The translations under genes and the position numbers were made by a program. The notes under the pieces were generated by a model. It saw nothing but the letters and a program-made list of their open reading frames with translations. It did not search any database and was not told where the DNA came from. This document shows, piece after piece, positions 28,568 through 37,675 of a stretch of DNA of 64,000 nucleotides (its first letter is position 1; every line of letters starts with the position of its first letter). The stretch comes from an uncultured Alphaproteobacteria bacterium (GTDB taxonomy: Bacteria; Pseudomonadota; Alphaproteobacteria; RF32; CAG-239): assembly GCA_944391715.1 (NCBI GenBank), contig CALXUP010000001.1:100676-164675 (forward strand), given 5' to 3'.

Positions 28568-29278
28568 TTATTCGTATATATACAATTCTTTGCCGTGTTC
28601 TTTCAGCCAGGCGCGGCCTTTCTCGCAACGAGGATTCAAAAAAGCGACGCAGTTCCAGAATTCTTCGGAATGATTCGGGTGGCGCAAATGGGCGACTTCG
28701 TGTGCAATCAGATATCTGATGACATAATCGGGAGCCAGAGAAATCCGCCAGTTGTAGTTGATGTTATTACGGTTTGAGCAGCTGCCCCAGCGGCTTTTGG
28801 TGTCTTTGATGCTCACGTCGTTGACCCGGCAGCCGATTTTTGCCGCCAGGCGCTGGGAGGCCTGATAGAATTTTTTTTGAGCCTGTTCTTTGATAAAATC
28901 GCGCAAGCGGCGGTGCAAAAATTCCCTTCCGCCGGAAACACAGACGGAATCGCCGTCAAAGAAAACGCCGGCGCGGGCTTTGGGCATGTGTCTGATTGTG
29001 TAGGTTTTGCCGAAAAGAGAGATTTGCTCGCCGTTTTGAAATTTTCTTATCTGCGGAAGCTTTTCTAAGCAGGAATCTATCCATCCCTGATTGCTGCGGA
29101 CAAATTCCAATGCGCGTTTGCTTGAACAATAGCGCGGAATGGTTAAAACAGGAATCCGTTCCTTGTTGTCTATTTTTAATATTAATTTGCTGGCGCGGGG
29201 CGACTTGACGACTTTGATGTCGTAGCCCAGAGCTTCGGCATAATTAAAGGTCCGGCCAGTCAATAATGTAATTTTCAT
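28568..29278 (-). CDS. YgjP-like metal-dependent hydrolase (DUF45 / M48 superfamily)
   Basis: WGSCS...HEVAHLRHPNHS..FW signature (HExxH zinc motif). Confidence 0.8.
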   Translation of the reverse strand: MKITLLTGRTFNYAEALGYDIKVVKSPRASKLILKIDNKERIPVLTIPRYCSSKRALEFVRSNQGWIDSCLEKLPQIRKFQNGEQISLFGKTYTIRHMPKARAGVFFDGDSVCVSGGREFLHRRLRDFIKEQAQKKFYQASQRLAAKIGCRVNDVSIKDTKSRWGSCSNRNNINYNWRISLAPDYVIRYLIAHEVAHLRHPNHSEEFWNCVAFLNPRCEKGRAWLKEHGKELYIYE

Positions 29279-29783
29279 AATCTTCTATTCCTGTTTCGGA
29301 GACGGTTTCTTTATCTTTTAACGACATTTTGGCCTGATGGACGCTGTCGGCGCGGCCGGTTTTCAGCGGATGCCAGTCCGGCAAATCGAATCCGTTGTCC
29401 AACAGCCAGTAAGCGCAGGTTTTGGGCAGCCAGCGGGGTTTTTCTCGAATGGCAGCGAGGTCAATGTCGCGGCAGTCGGGGACTTTTTCAAAGCGGTGAT
29501 AATAAATCCGGCACAAACAGCTTTGACAGTCCAAAAAGCGGCAGCGGGTGTTGGTAAACTTTATTTTTCCTTTTATTTCCAATTTGTTCAGACAGCATTT
29601 TCCGCAGCCGTCGCACAAAAGTTCCCATTCTTCTTTGCTCATTTCCGATAGTTTTTTCTTTTTCCAGAACTCAGGCTCGAATCGGGAAAGGTCTTCGTAT
29701 CGGGATTGAGGATCATAGCTGTTTTCTAAATTGTAATCTTTATTGCTCATTTCCGTCCTCGATAATATGGTCTTCAAGCTCAT
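29244..29783 (-). CDS. YcgN/UPF0260-family Cys-cluster protein, paralog 1 (possibly starting at the internal M at 29750)
   Basis: WELLCDGCGKCCLNKLE...CRFLD...C motif set diagnostic of UPF0260. Confidence 0.75.
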   Translation of the reverse strand: MSLKTILSRTEMSNKDYNLENSYDPQSRYEDLSRFEPEFWKKKKLSEMSKEEWELLCDGCGKCCLNKLEIKGKIKFTNTRCRFLDCQSCLCRIYYHRFEKVPDCRDIDLAAIREKPRWLPKTCAYWLLDNGFDLPDWHPLKTGRADSVHQAKMSLKDKETVSETGIEDYENYIIDWPDL

Positions 29784-30177
29784 CTTCTTTGACTTCGGTT
29801 TCCGGAATGCAGTGGTTTTTGATTGTATATTCGTCGGGAAGCCGTCCGTTGTTCAATAACGGATGCCAGGCCGGCAGTCCTTTGCCTTCTGCCAGGCAGC
29901 GATAGGCGCAGGTTTGCGGCATCCAGCTGATTTTATCGACATTTTCTTTGGTCAGTTTCAGGCAGGTCGGAACCAGTGTACAGCGCTCCTGATAGCGGGT
30001 GCAGCGACAGTTGCTCCGGTCAAAGTAGCGGCAGACGACATCCGTATAAAAGATTTCTCCGCTGTCTTCATCTTCCAGTTTGAGCAGGCAGCATTTTCCG
30101 CAGTTCATGCAAACGGCTTCCCACTCTTCTTCCGTAAAATCGGCGAGTTTTTTATGTTCCCAAAAGCGTTCCTGCAA
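29740..30177 (-). CDS. YcgN/UPF0260-family Cys-cluster protein, paralog 2
   Basis: WEAVCMNCGKCCLLKLE...CRYFD..C..C, the same family as the neighbouring gene (tandem paralogs). Confidence 0.75.
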   Translation of the reverse strand: MQERFWEHKKLADFTEEEWEAVCMNCGKCCLLKLEDEDSGEIFYTDVVCRYFDRSNCRCTRYQERCTLVPTCLKLTKENVDKISWMPQTCAYRCLAEGKGLPAWHPLLNNGRLPDEYTIKNHCIPETEVKEDELEDHIIEDGNEQ

Positions 30178-30242
30178 ATTTTTTCCTCTTTTTTAATGAA
30201 TTTCCGCTATAATACAATAAATGATTTCAAGGAGAAAGCAAA

Positions 30243-30626
30243 ATGTTCGGATGGCTGGCAAAAATGTTAATCTCTACCCCGATACAAGGCTCGGGATGCG
30301 CCTGTTGCGAAGGAAAAAAGAAAAGACTTGAAAAAATGCAGGAGGCGATAGCGGAAAGGCGGATTTTGGAAGAACCGGTTGCCGAATCGGGGAAATTGAG
30401 TTTTAGCTCCGGCAGTTTTTCGGCGCATTTTAATCCGGACGGCAGCGGCGAGTTTGAATATTATGCTAAGCCTCAGGCCGAAGATTCCTGTTGTTGCGGT
30501 GGCGGGGACGGATGTTCGTGCGGCGGAAACTGCGGAGATGACGATGTTTGCCATTGCGGGCGCGGCGATGACTGTTGCAAGAAAACCGGCAAAAAGCATG
30601 CCGTCTGCAAATGCGGAAAGCATTGA
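30243..30626 (+). CDS. Small protein with a Cys/Gly/Asp-rich metallothionein-like C-terminal tail
   Basis: C-terminal 45 aa: CCCGGGDGCSCGGNCGDDDVCHCGRGDDCCKKTGKKHAVCKCGKH (15 Cys). A GGAG RBS lies 8 nt upstream and a TATAAT -10 is nearby. Confidence 0.6.
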   Translation: MFGWLAKMLISTPIQGSGCACCEGKKKRLEKMQEAIAERRILEEPVAESGKLSFSSGSFSAHFNPDGSGEFEYYAKPQAEDSCCCGGGDGCSCGGNCGDDDVCHCGRGDDCCKKTGKKHAVCKCGKH

Positions 30627-30647
30627 TGACAAATTGAGGGCGAATTT

Positions 30648-32123
30648 TTAATCTCGTGCCTGTTCAGGTAGGTATTCGTCTTTGGCAAGGTTGCCGAATT
30701 GGGCAAATTCTCCGTTCCAGAAAAGCTGGACGGTTCCAGTTGAGCCGTGGCGCTGTTTGCCGATGATGACTTCACCGATATTTTTGGTACGGCGAACGCG
30801 TTCTTCCCATTCTTCCTGACGTTTTTGGAAATGTTCCGGCGTTTCTCCGGCTTTTTGTTTGGGTTCTTCGTTTTGAATGTAATAATTTTCGCGGTAGACA
30901 AACATAACGATATCGGCGTCTTGCTCAATAGAACCGGATTCACGCAGGTCGGACATGACGGGGCGTTTGTCGTCACGCTGCTCGACTCCGCGGTTTAACT
31001 GCGAAAGAGCGATAACCGGCACATTTAATTCTTTGGCGAGAATTTTTAAACCGCGGGAGATTTCGGAAAGTTCCTGAACGCGGTTGCCTTCGTTCTTTTT
31101 GCTGCCGGAACCGGTAATCAGCTGGATGTAGTCTATGACGATTGCTCCGAGCCCTTTGTTGCGGCGCAGGCGACGGGCACGTGTCCGGATGGTGTTGATG
31201 TTTAAACCCGGGGTGTCGTCAATATAAAGCGGAATTTGTTCCAGTTCCTGTACGGCGGCGGCAATTCGCATAAATTCGGCCTTGTCGAGTTCACCGTTGC
31301 GCATTTTTTTGCCGTTGGTCTGGGTAACGGTGGAAAGAATACGGCTGGCCAGCTGGTCAGCGGACATTTCCAGCGAAAAGAAAGCGACTCCGCGCATTTT
31401 GGGATCCAGGTTTTTATTATTGGCCATATATTCGGCAACATTATAAGCGATATTGGTAGCCAGAGCGGTTTTGCCCATGGCCGGACGGCCGGCGATGATT
31501 ATCAGGTCTGATTTGTTCAAGCCGCCGATCATATAGTCCAAAGCATCCAAAGAAGTCGGGAGTCCGGAGATTTTTCCGTCTTTTTCATAGGCTTCGGCAA
31601 TCAGGTGCAGAGAGTTGTTCAAAGCTTCGGAAAAGTCGATAAAACCACCGCGGGTATCGCCCTGATTGGAAAGCTCAAACAGTTTTTTCTCCGCGTTTTC
31701 TATTTGCTCAAATGCGTTGGTGTCCAGGTCTTCTTTGGTCGCTTCGTTTACGATTTCAAAACCGGTATTGATGAGTTCCCGGCGTAGGTATTTGTCGTAA
31801 ATAAACTGGGCATAATATTCGGCATTGGTCAGCGGAGAGGAACTGTCGGCCAACTGTATCAGATATTTGTAGCCGCCGACTTCGTCCAGTAATCCTTCCT
31901 GTTCGAAGTAATTTTTTAATGTGATGACGTCGGCGATGTGGCCTTTGCTGATGAGCTTGGAAATAATGTCATAAATTTTGGCATGGACAGGGTCGGCAAA
32001 ATGTTCTGGCCTTAAAAATTCGGAAACTTTTTCAAAGGCTTTGTTATTGGCGAGCAGGGCACCGAGCAGAGCTTGTTCGGCTTCAATATTCTGCGGCAGT
32101 TTTGCGGTATCAATGTTTTCCAT
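30648..32123 (-). CDS. dnaB: Replicative DNA helicase DnaB
   Basis: Walker A GRPAMGKTA, the DnaB N-terminal domain and the RecA-like C-terminal motifs. Confidence 0.95.
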   Translation of the reverse strand: MENIDTAKLPQNIEAEQALLGALLANNKAFEKVSEFLRPEHFADPVHAKIYDIISKLISKGHIADVITLKNYFEQEGLLDEVGGYKYLIQLADSSSPLTNAEYYAQFIYDKYLRRELINTGFEIVNEATKEDLDTNAFEQIENAEKKLFELSNQGDTRGGFIDFSEALNNSLHLIAEAYEKDGKISGLPTSLDALDYMIGGLNKSDLIIIAGRPAMGKTALATNIAYNVAEYMANNKNLDPKMRGVAFFSLEMSADQLASRILSTVTQTNGKKMRNGELDKAEFMRIAAAVQELEQIPLYIDDTPGLNINTIRTRARRLRRNKGLGAIVIDYIQLITGSGSKKNEGNRVQELSEISRGLKILAKELNVPVIALSQLNRGVEQRDDKRPVMSDLRESGSIEQDADIVMFVYRENYYIQNEEPKQKAGETPEHFQKRQEEWEERVRRTKNIGEVIIGKQRHGSTGTVQLFWNGEFAQFGNLAKDEYLPEQARD

Positions 32124-32231
32124 AATTTATGACAGTCCTGATGTTTTTTAATCTGACTTTTTATAGCGGAGATTTTTGCAAAATACAAAGAATTTTGGCG
32201 GAGATTTTGCACAGCCTGTTAATTATGGGGA

Positions 32232-32258
32232 TAAAAAAAGAACCTCCGGAGAGGTTCT
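32232..32258 (-). terminator. Rho-independent terminator downstream of rpmB
   Basis: Hairpin gaacctc-cgga-gaggttc followed by a U-tract on the minus-strand transcript. Confidence 0.6.
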
Positions 32259-32284
32259 TGTCTGAAATCTTCTGAGAGAAGCGT

Positions 32285-32578
32285 TTATTCAGCAGCAGCT
32301 GCCTTGCTTTTTGCAATTGATTTTTTGATTTTGATTGCTTCTTCAGTCAGTTTTGTATTAGAAGTAGCTTCCAAGTAAGCATCCAGACCGCCGTTGTGCT
32401 CAATAGAGCGCAGCGTTTTGGAGCAAACTTTAAGTTTGAAGATTTTGCCCAATGTTTCACTCAGCAAGGAAACATTCTGCAAATTCGGCAAAAAGCGGCG
32501 GCGGGTTTTGTTGTTAGCGTGGCTAACGTTGTTTCCGCTCATAGCGCCGGTTCCTGCGATATCACATTTTTTAGCCAT
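32285..32578 (-). CDS. rpmB: 50S ribosomal protein L28
   Basis: N-terminus MAKKCDIAGTGAMSGNNVSHANNKTRRRFLPNL matches the L28 signature. Confidence 0.85.
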   Translation of the reverse strand: MAKKCDIAGTGAMSGNNVSHANNKTRRRFLPNLQNVSLLSETLGKIFKLKVCSKTLRSIEHNGGLDAYLEATSNTKLTEEAIKIKKSIAKSKAAAAE

Positions 32579-32727
32579 TGTTATAATCCTTTGTCTTAAC
32601 CATAAAATAAACCTGTTGGCTTGTTAATAACTACAATTTTGCTAGAAGTCAAGAAAAAATTGAGATAAATGACTTTTTTTGTAGAATTATTGAAAATTTT
32701 GTTGTAATACTATTCGCGACAGTTTGT

Positions 32728-32804
32728 GTACCCGTAGCTCAGTTGGATAGAGTATCGGCCTCCGACGCCGAGAGTCGTGGGTTCGAATCCCTCCGGGTAC
32801 GCCA
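32728..32804 (+). tRNA. tRNA-Arg, anticodon CCG
   Basis: Cloverleaf read by hand: a 7-bp acceptor stem GTACCCG/CGGGTAC, the D-arm GCTCAGTTGGATAGAGT and the anticodon loop CU-CCG-AC with U33 and A37. The T-loop is TTCGAAT, with discriminator G and an encoded CCA. It closely parallels E. coli tRNA-Arg(CCG). One U-U mismatch sits in the T-stem. Confidence 0.85.
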
Positions 32805-32809
32805 TAAAT

Positions 32810-32841
32810 AAAAGCCACTCCTTTAGTGAGTGGCTTTTATT
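32810..32841 (+). terminator. Rho-independent terminator after the tRNA
   Basis: aaaagccactc-ctttagt-gagtggctttt hairpin followed by a T-run. Confidence 0.7.
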
Positions 32842-32899
32842 TATGTTGGGTGCCGGCGGATTTGAACTTACAGTTTTGTTTTCCGGTATCTTGTCTATA

Positions 32900-33406
32900 T
32901 TAAACCGGAAAATTGTTCAGATAAAAACTGGCAAGGAGCAGGAGGATGAGCGGTAAAACAACTTTTTCAAACGGAAAATGAGCATGTCCGCCGTTTCCGG
33001 CCTTCATCCACTGATAAAATTTTTGCGAATAAATATAAATGAGCATCCCGAGCAGAGCGCTGAACAAAATCGGATCAAGATAAAAAACATACCAGATAAT
33101 ATGCGGCTGATAATTGACCTCGCTAATATAGATAAAGCCAATCATCCCCACGGAAATCAGCATTAAAAGAAAATCACGCCCCCAAAAATGCCAGTTTTTA
33201 CTGTCGAAAAATTTGATGCACCAATAGCCGAGAAGTGTCAGCAGAGCTCCTGCCCACAAGCCGACGACAGAGTCTTCTATACCAAGTTTCCGGGCAATGC
33301 CGATTGATGCGCCAATGGCAACGGTACAGACGGCGCAGGCCGGATTAGCAAAGGCCTGTACCGGATACAAGATAAAAGCCAATAAGGATAATGTAAGATT
33401 TTTCAT
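32900..33406 (-). CDS. Hypothetical membrane protein (168 aa) with a signal peptide and a CxxC pair near the N-terminus
   Basis: A signal-like N-terminus (MKNLTLSLLAFILYPVQAFA) and four hydrophobic segments. No family recognised. Confidence 0.5.
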   Translation of the reverse strand: MKNLTLSLLAFILYPVQAFANPACAVCTVAIGASIGIARKLGIEDSVVGLWAGALLTLLGYWCIKFFDSKNWHFWGRDFLLMLISVGMIGFIYISEVNYQPHIIWYVFYLDPILFSALLGMLIYIYSQKFYQWMKAGNGGHAHFPFEKVVLPLILLLLASFYLNNFPV

Positions 33407-33566
33407 AATTGCCTCTTTTGTAATATATCAATTATAATACATATATTATATGCTATATATTATAATTGTCAAGATATAATTTTGTGACGCTTTCTCCTTG
33501 ACTCTTATGCAAAGAGCGGTAATTTTGTAATGTTTAACAGAATTATTAATTAACAAAAGTATCATT

Positions 33567-34277
33567 ATGGAAATTTATAAGGAAAATTTACCGCCTTGTT
33601 GGTGGGACGGGCGTTTTGGGAAATTTAACATAAAATGTTCTCTGTCGTATAGGATTTTGGCATTGGAAAAGGGTGCGGAAACTATGTGGCAGGAACGGCA
33701 ATGGTTTATTTTTACGGATAAGCTGACGCGAGTTTCTCTGCGTTCTTTTGTCATGATTGAAAAAGAAACTTTTACCGGGCATCCTTTTTTCAAACTGGTT
33801 ATTGAAAATGAGCCGGTTTCTGAAAGCGATTTTCCGGAAGATTCTTTGGTGTATGAAAGTTTTTATCAAGATCCGGTCGGATACGGTGCAACAGTCGGCA
33901 AGAACTTCTACAGCAGCTTTAGCGCCTTAATGCTTCCGCCCTTTCAAAATCAAACGGGATATTGTATTGGCGGTATATATTTTCGAACGGAACTTGATGA
34001 AGATTTTCAAAAAAAGAAAACAGATCGTTATCTGGTTACTCCGAAAGAATTTTGCGCAAAGGTTTCATGGAAACATCTGGTGAAATATGCCAAGCCGTAC
34101 AATGCTTGTTTTGCTGCAGCGCGGGTAAAGAAATATCCGGACAAGATTTTTGCCGGACGGAGAGTTGTTCCGTTGTATATTGCGGATATTTGTGTCGGGG
34201 CAGAGCTCCTTGGCAGTAAGGGAAAGCCAAATTGCCGAGAGTATATGTCTTTTGAAGACTATTTGTCCTTATTGTAA
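33567..34277 (+). CDS. Hypothetical protein (236 aa), no recognisable domain, low GC
   Basis: Long ORF with coding-like composition, AT-rich relative to its neighbours, preceded by a very AT-rich promoter-like region. Confidence 0.5.
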   Translation: MEIYKENLPPCWWDGRFGKFNIKCSLSYRILALEKGAETMWQERQWFIFTDKLTRVSLRSFVMIEKETFTGHPFFKLVIENEPVSESDFPEDSLVYESFYQDPVGYGATVGKNFYSSFSALMLPPFQNQTGYCIGGIYFRTELDEDFQKKKTDRYLVTPKEFCAKVSWKHLVKYAKPYNACFAAARVKKYPDKIFAGRRVVPLYIADICVGAELLGSKGKPNCREYMSFEDYLSLL

Positions 34278-34321
34278 ATAAAAAAAAGCCGGGAGTTTTT
34301 TACTTTCCGGCCTTTTTATTT

Positions 34322-35179
34322 TTAAGACAATTTTCGGAGGAGGATTTTGAGCTTTCCTTTTAACGTCAACCTTGCTTTCTCCCATTGGACAAACGAATAA
34401 AGAACCGGATAGAGCTTGTCATTGATCTGAAAAACACAATGATAATTTTTCAGTTTATATTTTCCTTCGTCAACCAGGTCAGCACATCCCTTAGATACAG
34501 CATAAAGCTTGGCATTGCCGCTTTCATCCAAAAGAAGATAAGCATTGTCAAAAGTAATAATGTTTTTTCCTTCTGCAAAAAATTTATAAGCCCCGACTTT
34601 GGGAACAAAACCGTAAATTTTCATCTTGTTATTACAATCATCAACGGTTATCAACTCTGCTTTAGCAGGACTGTCGTAACGATAAATATCAAAATATCCA
34701 TCACTTCTTTCAATAACAATCGTTTCATCACAGATAAAAAACGGTTTGCTATACTGTTTTTGAATAAGTTTAAAAGGGTCTGCTGTTAAAAAAGACATAG
34801 TATAATTTTCTTCCGGATAACTTTTCAGATAGAAACATTGTTTCGTTTTAAAAGAACCATAATTTTCGGCTTTTCCCAGACATTCATCTTTGCCCGAAAC
34901 GTTTTTCCGTCTCAGATACCAAAGCCCGTCTTTTTGATATATCAGGCATTTGTCATATTTTTTGATATCAGAACAGTACTGCGGGGTTTGATGCAGTTTG
35001 TCATCCTCAATCCAGAAAAAGCGAAAATTTTCCTCTGAATCTCCCGCTTTTGCCTCCGTCAAAGATTGATCAACCGTAACAGTAATACCCTCGTCCAGCT
35101 TTTCAAACTTTTCCAATTTACTGTCCCATAGCCACAAAATATTCAGGCCGGCAGCTTTTGTAATAATAAAATGTTTCAT
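34322..35179 (-). CDS. Hypothetical protein (~286 aa from MKHFII at 35179), no recognisable domain, low GC
   Basis: Long ORF convergent with 33567..34277. Cys-containing soluble protein. Confidence 0.5.
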   Translation of the reverse strand: MKHFIITKAAGLNILWLWDSKLEKFEKLDEGITVTVDQSLTEAKAGDSEENFRFFWIEDDKLHQTPQYCSDIKKYDKCLIYQKDGLWYLRRKNVSGKDECLGKAENYGSFKTKQCFYLKSYPEENYTMSFLTADPFKLIQKQYSKPFFICDETIVIERSDGYFDIYRYDSPAKAELITVDDCNNKMKIYGFVPKVGAYKFFAEGKNIITFDNAYLLLDESGNAKLYAVSKGCADLVDEGKYKLKNYHCVFQINDKLYPVLYSFVQWEKARLTLKGKLKILLRKLS

Positions 35180-35310
35180 GACATAAAAATATTTAATTTG
35201 ACATAATTTTATTTTGCCCGATGAAAGTAGCATAACGTGCCGGAGAAGTCAACAGATGCTTGAAACCGGAGAAGCGGGGGCTATATCTTTGTTGTTTTAA
35301 GGAGGGGAAA

Positions 35311-36285
35311 ATGAAAAAATTGTTTCTGATGAAAGGGGTTCGGGAGTTTATTGACAAGCTGGAAACCGGTAACGGCAAGCCGCTTTACGAACTTACGCCA
35401 GAAGAGGCCAGGAAAGTTTTGCTTGTGGCTCAGGATATTGACGTTGAAATTCCGGAAACCGATATTGAAACGTTTGAGATAACGTTGGAGAACGATCATC
35501 GGATTTTGGTAAAAATCGTGCGTCCGAAAGGGTGCGGGGAGAGATTGCCGGTCGTGTTTTATATTCACGGCGGGGGCTGGGTTATGGGAGATGATCACAC
35601 CCATGCCCGTTTAGTGGCGGAGTTGGCGGTGAAAATCCGGGCTGCCGTTGTTTTTCCGGTTTATACGCCTTCTCCGGAAGCGCAATTTCCCGCAACGACG
35701 GACGACTTGTTTGCCGTATTGCAGCGTATTGTCCTTTCTGCCGCTGATTATAATATTGATGCATCCCGCCTAGCCGTGGCCGGGGACAGCGTTGGCGGCA
35801 ATATGGCTATAGCCATGTGTCTGCTGGCAAAGGATAACGGAAATAATCCTAAAATTGCGTGTCAGGCGTTGTTTTATCCGGTAACGGATGCTGCTTTTGA
35901 AACAGAATCGTACTTAAAATTTGCCGATGGTCCCTGGCTGACCAAGAAAGCGATGGAATGGTTTTGGATGCAATATGCTCCGAATGAAAAAGACCGGCAG
36001 AATATTCTGGCCAGTCCGTTGCGGGCAAAGCCCGATGAGCTGGAAGGTCTGCCTCCGACTCTGGTTATTACGGATGAAAATGATGTTTTGCGCGACGAGG
36101 GCGAGGCTTTTGCTCATCGACTTAACACGGCCGGTGTTGATGTCGTTTCTTTGAGATTTGCCGGAACGATTCATGATTTTATGATGTTGAATGCGCTGGC
36201 AGATACCGCGCCGTCGAAAGCAGCGGTTTTGATGGCGGCGGCTTATTTGCGGCAAGGATTGGAGAATGAACCGGCAGAAAAATAA
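35311..36285 (+). CDS. Alpha/beta-hydrolase fold-3 esterase/lipase
   Basis: HGGGW oxyanion motif, the GDSVGG nucleophile elbow, and a GGAGG RBS 6 nt upstream of the ATG at 35311. Confidence 0.85.
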   Translation: MKKLFLMKGVREFIDKLETGNGKPLYELTPEEARKVLLVAQDIDVEIPETDIETFEITLENDHRILVKIVRPKGCGERLPVVFYIHGGGWVMGDDHTHARLVAELAVKIRAAVVFPVYTPSPEAQFPATTDDLFAVLQRIVLSAADYNIDASRLAVAGDSVGGNMAIAMCLLAKDNGNNPKIACQALFYPVTDAAFETESYLKFADGPWLTKKAMEWFWMQYAPNEKDRQNILASPLRAKPDELEGLPPTLVITDENDVLRDEGEAFAHRLNTAGVDVVSLRFAGTIHDFMMLNALADTAPSKAAVLMAAAYLRQGLENEPAEK

Positions 36286-36300
36286 ATATATTATTTTCTT

Positions 36301-36330
36301 AAAAAGCTCCCTTTTGCAAGGGAGCTTTTA
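36301..36330. terminator. Bidirectional rho-independent terminator between convergent genes
   Basis: agctccc-ttttgcaa-gggagct hairpin flanked by an A-run and a T-run. Confidence 0.7.
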
Positions 36331-36332
36331 TG

Positions 36333-36902
36333 TTATTGCAGGGTTATGATTTTTTTGGAAATTTGTTCTGCCATTTCTGCCAAAAGCAGGCTTTGAGCAG
36401 AGACAAATTCTTCATAGTTGTCTCCGGCCGGCCGAGACAGGCTTGTCTGTCCTCGGTAGATGATTTGTCCGTTACGATTTAGAATATACCACCAGGCTTC
36501 CAGTGTGGCATTTTTATCAAATTCGCCGTCCAGTCGGTTGATTTCCAGCGATATGGTGTAATTGTAGTTGTCGCTTATGATGCTGCTCGGTTTTATGAAC
36601 GATTTGGGCAGCAGATAAGCCATATCGGAGGCCAGTGTCCGACGGACGATGCCTGATAAGGGTGAACTCCAGCGGTTGAATTCCGATATATTGTATTCGA
36701 CCGTGTTTTCAATTGTTACAATTTGCGGACGCTTGATATATTCGGGAATCTGGACTTCCTGAATGCCGATGTTTAAGCGTGTCTGGCTTATCGGATCGGC
36801 CGGGACGGTTTTGAGCATGTAAAACTGAGACGGCGGGCTTTCCGTGAACCCGATACAGCCGCAAAGAAGAAAAAAGGCACACAGGCTTATTAATCTTTTC
36901 AT
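36333..36902 (-). CDS. ABC-transport auxiliary lipoprotein (DUF330/YmbA/PqiC-like) of the MCE operon
   Basis: Lipobox LLCGC, ~190 aa, last gene of the permease-ATPase-MCE operon. Confidence 0.65.
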   Translation of the reverse strand: MKRLISLCAFFLLCGCIGFTESPPSQFYMLKTVPADPISQTRLNIGIQEVQIPEYIKRPQIVTIENTVEYNISEFNRWSSPLSGIVRRTLASDMAYLLPKSFIKPSSIISDNYNYTISLEINRLDGEFDKNATLEAWWYILNRNGQIIYRGQTSLSRPAGDNYEEFVSAQSLLLAEMAEQISKKIITLQ

Positions 36903-37675
36903 TTCTCTTTTCCTTTCAAAAGGGCTTCCGGATGGCGTTCCAGGTAGTCTGTCAGGTTGCGGAAAGAATCGGACGCCTCGCGAATGCTGGTCATGGTTTG
37001 GTTGAGGTTATACAAAGTTCCGGTTACGGCGCGCGGGTTGTTGCCCATTAACGTATCAATTTTGTCAATGATGCTTTCAACCTGCGGCATTTGAGCGTTC
37101 AGGTTTGTAAAGAATTTGTTGAAGTTGTCAATGCTTTGTTTGACCGGCAGGCTTTGCAGGTCTCTGGACAGTTCGGCCAGCGACGACAAGGTTGTCGGTA
37201 CGACCAGATAACCCTGGCGGTTGGTTTGAGCAAAAGCCGAAGCATTGGGTAAAATGGTGAACTCGATCATCAGCTGGCCGGTTACGTAACTTTTGGTGGT
37301 TAAGCGGGCGCGGAGGCCTTTTTCTATCATTTTTTCGAGAAGTTTTTTCTTGTCGCGGTATTCTGCAATGGCTCTGATGTTCTGGTTACTCAGTTCAGCG
37401 TAGACGGCAATGCTGAAATCCATTGAATCCGGATTGGCAAAAATGCCGATTTTGGTGACGTTTCCGATTTCTACTCCTTTAAATATAACAGCGGAGCCAA
37501 CGTTTAGACCTTTAACGGATTCCTCAAAATACATTACGACGGTGTTTTGCTTATTACCGGACAGGCGGGTTTTGACATATATGCCGGCCGTGATGACAAT
37601 GATGGCAATACCGGCGGCAATAAAAAGGCCGATCAGGGGTTTGTTGGGTTGTTTAGGCATTTTTTTCTCCTCCAC
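36899..37675 (-). CDS. MCE-family substrate-binding protein (MlaD-like)
   Basis: N-terminal TM, then an MCE domain (VKGLNVGSAVIFKGVEIGNV). Confidence 0.8.
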   Translation of the reverse strand: MEEKKMPKQPNKPLIGLFIAAGIAIIVITAGIYVKTRLSGNKQNTVVMYFEESVKGLNVGSAVIFKGVEIGNVTKIGIFANPDSMDFSIAVYAELSNQNIRAIAEYRDKKKLLEKMIEKGLRARLTTKSYVTGQLMIEFTILPNASAFAQTNRQGYLVVPTTLSSLAELSRDLQSLPVKQSIDNFNKFFTNLNAQMPQVESIIDKIDTLMGNNPRAVTGTLYNLNQTMTSIREASDSFRNLTDYLERHPEALLKGKEK

